Virus record (IMG/VR): IMGVR_UViG_3300045988_073633
Location: 1-56,177 of that record
Source: a virus
Strand: one strand, 5' to 3'
Length of the DNA: 56,177 nucleotides
The position numbers were made by a program, and so were the translations under genes. Positions within the stretch are counted from its first letter, which is position 1. Every line of letters begins with the position of its first letter. This document shows positions 54,272 through 56,177 of the stretch, one piece after another. The notes under the pieces were generated by a model. The model had not been told where the DNA came from and did no database searches. It was given only the letters and a program-made list of their open reading frames with translations.

Positions 54272-54706
54272 TTATGAATTTTTATGCAAATATGTATCTC
54301 CATACATTTTTTCAAATTCCTGTAATGCTCTTCCGTGAATGTTAAAAACCTGTCGTATGCTCCAGTTTTCGGAATCTGCTATGTCTTGGAACGTTCTTCT
54401 TTCGACATAATGTTTATGTAATACATCATAGTGGTCTATATTTTTCATGTTGTCAATTTGTCTTAATATTTCTTTTCTTTTATCAACCAACGAATCAACT
54501 AATTCATCTGTTTCTCTTTCCAAGTCTACAATCTTTGCAATTGTTGACCCAAGTTTATCCTGATTACCGGAAGTCTGTACTTTTTCGCTATCACCTGATA
54601 CAGTTATACTGCAAGCCATTATTTTCAGCTGATAAATCTCAGAAAGTTTATTCGTAATCATCTTATCAAGACGTTCAATTTGGTTCAAATATTCCTTTGT
54701 TGTCAT
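54272..54706 (-). CDS. DUF1492/sigma-70 region-4-like transcriptional regulator
   Basis: The IAKIVDLERETDELVD...RRTFQDIADSENWSIRQVFNIHGRALQEF pattern. Confidence 0.6.
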   Translation of the reverse strand: MTTKEYLNQIERLDKMITNKLSEIYQLKIMACSITVSGDSEKVQTSGNQDKLGSTIAKIVDLERETDELVDSLVDKRKEILRQIDNMKNIDHYDVLHKHYVERRTFQDIADSENWSIRQVFNIHGRALQEFEKMYGDTYLHKNS

Positions 54707-54709
54707 AGT

Positions 54710-56177
54710 CTAATACCTCCTAAATGGATTAACAGCGGCTTCCACTCTTGCTACTCTATTCCCCTGTGTCACTCTTAGTGCAAAGTTCGAGAAAACATCC
54801 GGTACATCATCTAACTGTTTTTTTCCTGATACCGAATATTGCTTTAGCAGTGACATCATTATTCCATATGGCTCATTTGGCTTGTACTTCGACGGATCCT
54901 TAAAAATCACATGCTGTAAAATCCAACTAGAACATTGGAATATGCGGGCTTCCTTATTTGTTTCTGTTGGTACATCTGTAATATTGCATATCCAGCCTAC
55001 ACTCTCAACACGCTTATTGACTTCCATTGCGACTCTGTCACCGCCAGCGTTTCGCTCAAATTCACATTCCTGTACCTTATTGTTCACAAGAACACTTGCT
55101 GCATTCCTATACTGTGCTTCATAATCTGCAGTATTATCGCACACACAATCAACACAATAATAATCATCTCCATACTTTTGAAGCACCGGAAGTACAAAAT
55201 AATCTGTTCCTTTGCCTTTTGTATCACATTGTGCAGTAATAATTTCAGGATCACCATGTGGAAGGTTAAGATACCTACGAATTTTATCATCCGGAAATAA
55301 TAATCCTTCACGTTCAATAGGCTCCTGCTTGTATAAACACTTATAAGAAATCTCATCCATGAGCAATTGCTGATCCGCAAAAAACTCTTTAGTAAAACCG
55401 CAGTATTCATAATTAAAATTGCTCTCTCCTGTAACAGGATCTATGTCTGGTACTGCTATTACCTTTACTTTAGGATTTCCAACATACATATTCTGTATGC
55501 GGCCTATTACATCGTGAACTGACCACCTAGTAGCAATATGTATTTCTTTGCATGGCTTACCATCCGAATCTTGAGTTTTTCGCTGTCTAGCATCTACAGC
55601 GTATTTTGACCACAACTTATCAAGTATCAACGGATTTAGTGCTTCTTCAATTCCACCTATCATATCATCTACTAACAAAAACTTAGATGCACGAACCTTA
55701 CCTGCATTCTTACTGCCAACAGATGTACATTGCATCGAAGCAAACGGTTTGTATTTACCGACATTGAATTGCTCCATCTTGGCATCGGTTCTTGTAACAG
55801 ACAATTTGGGGAAAATTTCATTCCATGTATAATCGTCTGGATTAGTAACTATATCCAATGTTCCATCATAGAACATCCTAGTTATATCTCCACTGTGAGA
55901 ATAAAACAAACTATAATCCTTTGGATACCAACCTATTACAGCAGTAGCAAAAAACTTTTCGATCGTAGTTTTACCGGCTCCAGGGATTAAACTTATGCAT
56001 AGAATGTTATATTTATCATCAATCATCCCTTGCAATGCATCTATAAGTCCTATTTTTAACAGCTGTTTTCTGCGCGGCATATAAAATCGGTCTTTTGGTT
56101 CTCTTTTTTTTTCGATGTATCTAAAATAACTGTCAACTATTTTATTCTGTGCTTCGTATAGTAATATCTCATAGTAC
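54710..56177 (-). CDS. terL: Terminase large subunit (C-terminal 464 codons; the ORF runs off the window end and continues at 1..332)
   Basis: Walker A LIPGAGKT and Walker B LLVDDMIG. The frame is open upstream of the tracked Met to position 56177. Confidence 0.85.
   Translation of the reverse strand, partial: YYEILLYEAQNKIVDSYFRYIEKKREPKDRFYMPRRKQLLKIGLIDALQGMIDDKYNILCISLIPGAGKTTIEKFFATAVIGWYPKDYSLFYSHSGDITRMFYDGTLDIVTNPDDYTWNEIFPKLSVTRTDAKMEQFNVGKYKPFASMQCTSVGSKNAGKVRASKFLLVDDMIGGIEEALNPLILDKLWSKYAVDARQRKTQDSDGKPCKEIHIATRWSVHDVIGRIQNMYVGNPKVKVIAVPDIDPVTGESNFNYEYCGFTKEFFADQQLLMDEISYKCLYKQEPIEREGLLFPDDKIRRYLNLPHGDPEIITAQCDTKGKGTDYFVLPVLQKYGDDYYCVDCVCDNTADYEAQYRNAASVLVNNKVQECEFERNAGGDRVAMEVNKRVESVGWICNITDVPTETNKEARIFQCSSWILQHVIFKDPSKYKPNEPYGIMMSLLKQYSVSGKKQLDDVPDVFSNFALRVTQGNRVARVEAAVNPFRRY
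56103..56177. repeat. Terminal overlap, identical to 1..75
   Basis: 75/75 nt identity with the window start. Confidence 0.9.

Overview
The window is a complete temperate siphovirus-type phage genome from a low-GC Firmicute, probably Clostridia-like. It is circularly closed: positions 1..75 are identical to 56103..56177, giving a unit length of 56,102 bp, and terL runs across that junction. Nearly all genes are on the minus strand.

Gene order, reading the minus strand from the junction:
- terL, a sigma-like regulator, a zinc-ribbon protein, portal, gp7-like head protein, scaffold, major capsid protein.
- Head-tail connectors, interrupted by an XhlA/holin-like pair.
- Major tail protein, G/GT chaperones with a -1 frameshift, tape measure protein, tail proteins and fibre.
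- A second tyrosine recombinase, then a GH25 endolysin.
- Plus-strand lysogeny genes: two XRE-type repressors and a membrane protein.
- A Cro-like early operon: antirepressor, SleB-like hydrolase, OB-fold protein, SbcC-like ATPase, a diversity-generating retroelement (DGR), RecT, MBL nuclease, SSB, PAPS-reductase-like gene, Lar-like protein, GIY-YIG nuclease, methyltransferase, MazG, replisome organizer, integrase.
- attP with a tRNA-3'-like core, then an eight-gene cassette of unplaceable proteins.
- A more GC-rich plus-strand accessory island controlled by an RHH regulator, then terS and a few small genes.

Strongest signals:
1. A complete DGR (RT, Avd, 77-bp template) with two strictly adenine-mutagenised variable repeats. 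The targets are two tandem small non-tail genes inside the early recombination module.
2. A (CTGT)11 tetranucleotide tract that splits a PAPS-reductase-family gene. This is a candidate slipped-strand phase switch.
3. A consensus promoter with a LexA (Cheo) box in its spacer. It drives a 37-aa ORF antisense to the repressor gene.
4. The unplaceable cassette next to attP.

All functional calls rest on motif recognition and synteny only. No database search was possible, and hand-derived coordinates of non-ORF features may be off by 1-2 nt.
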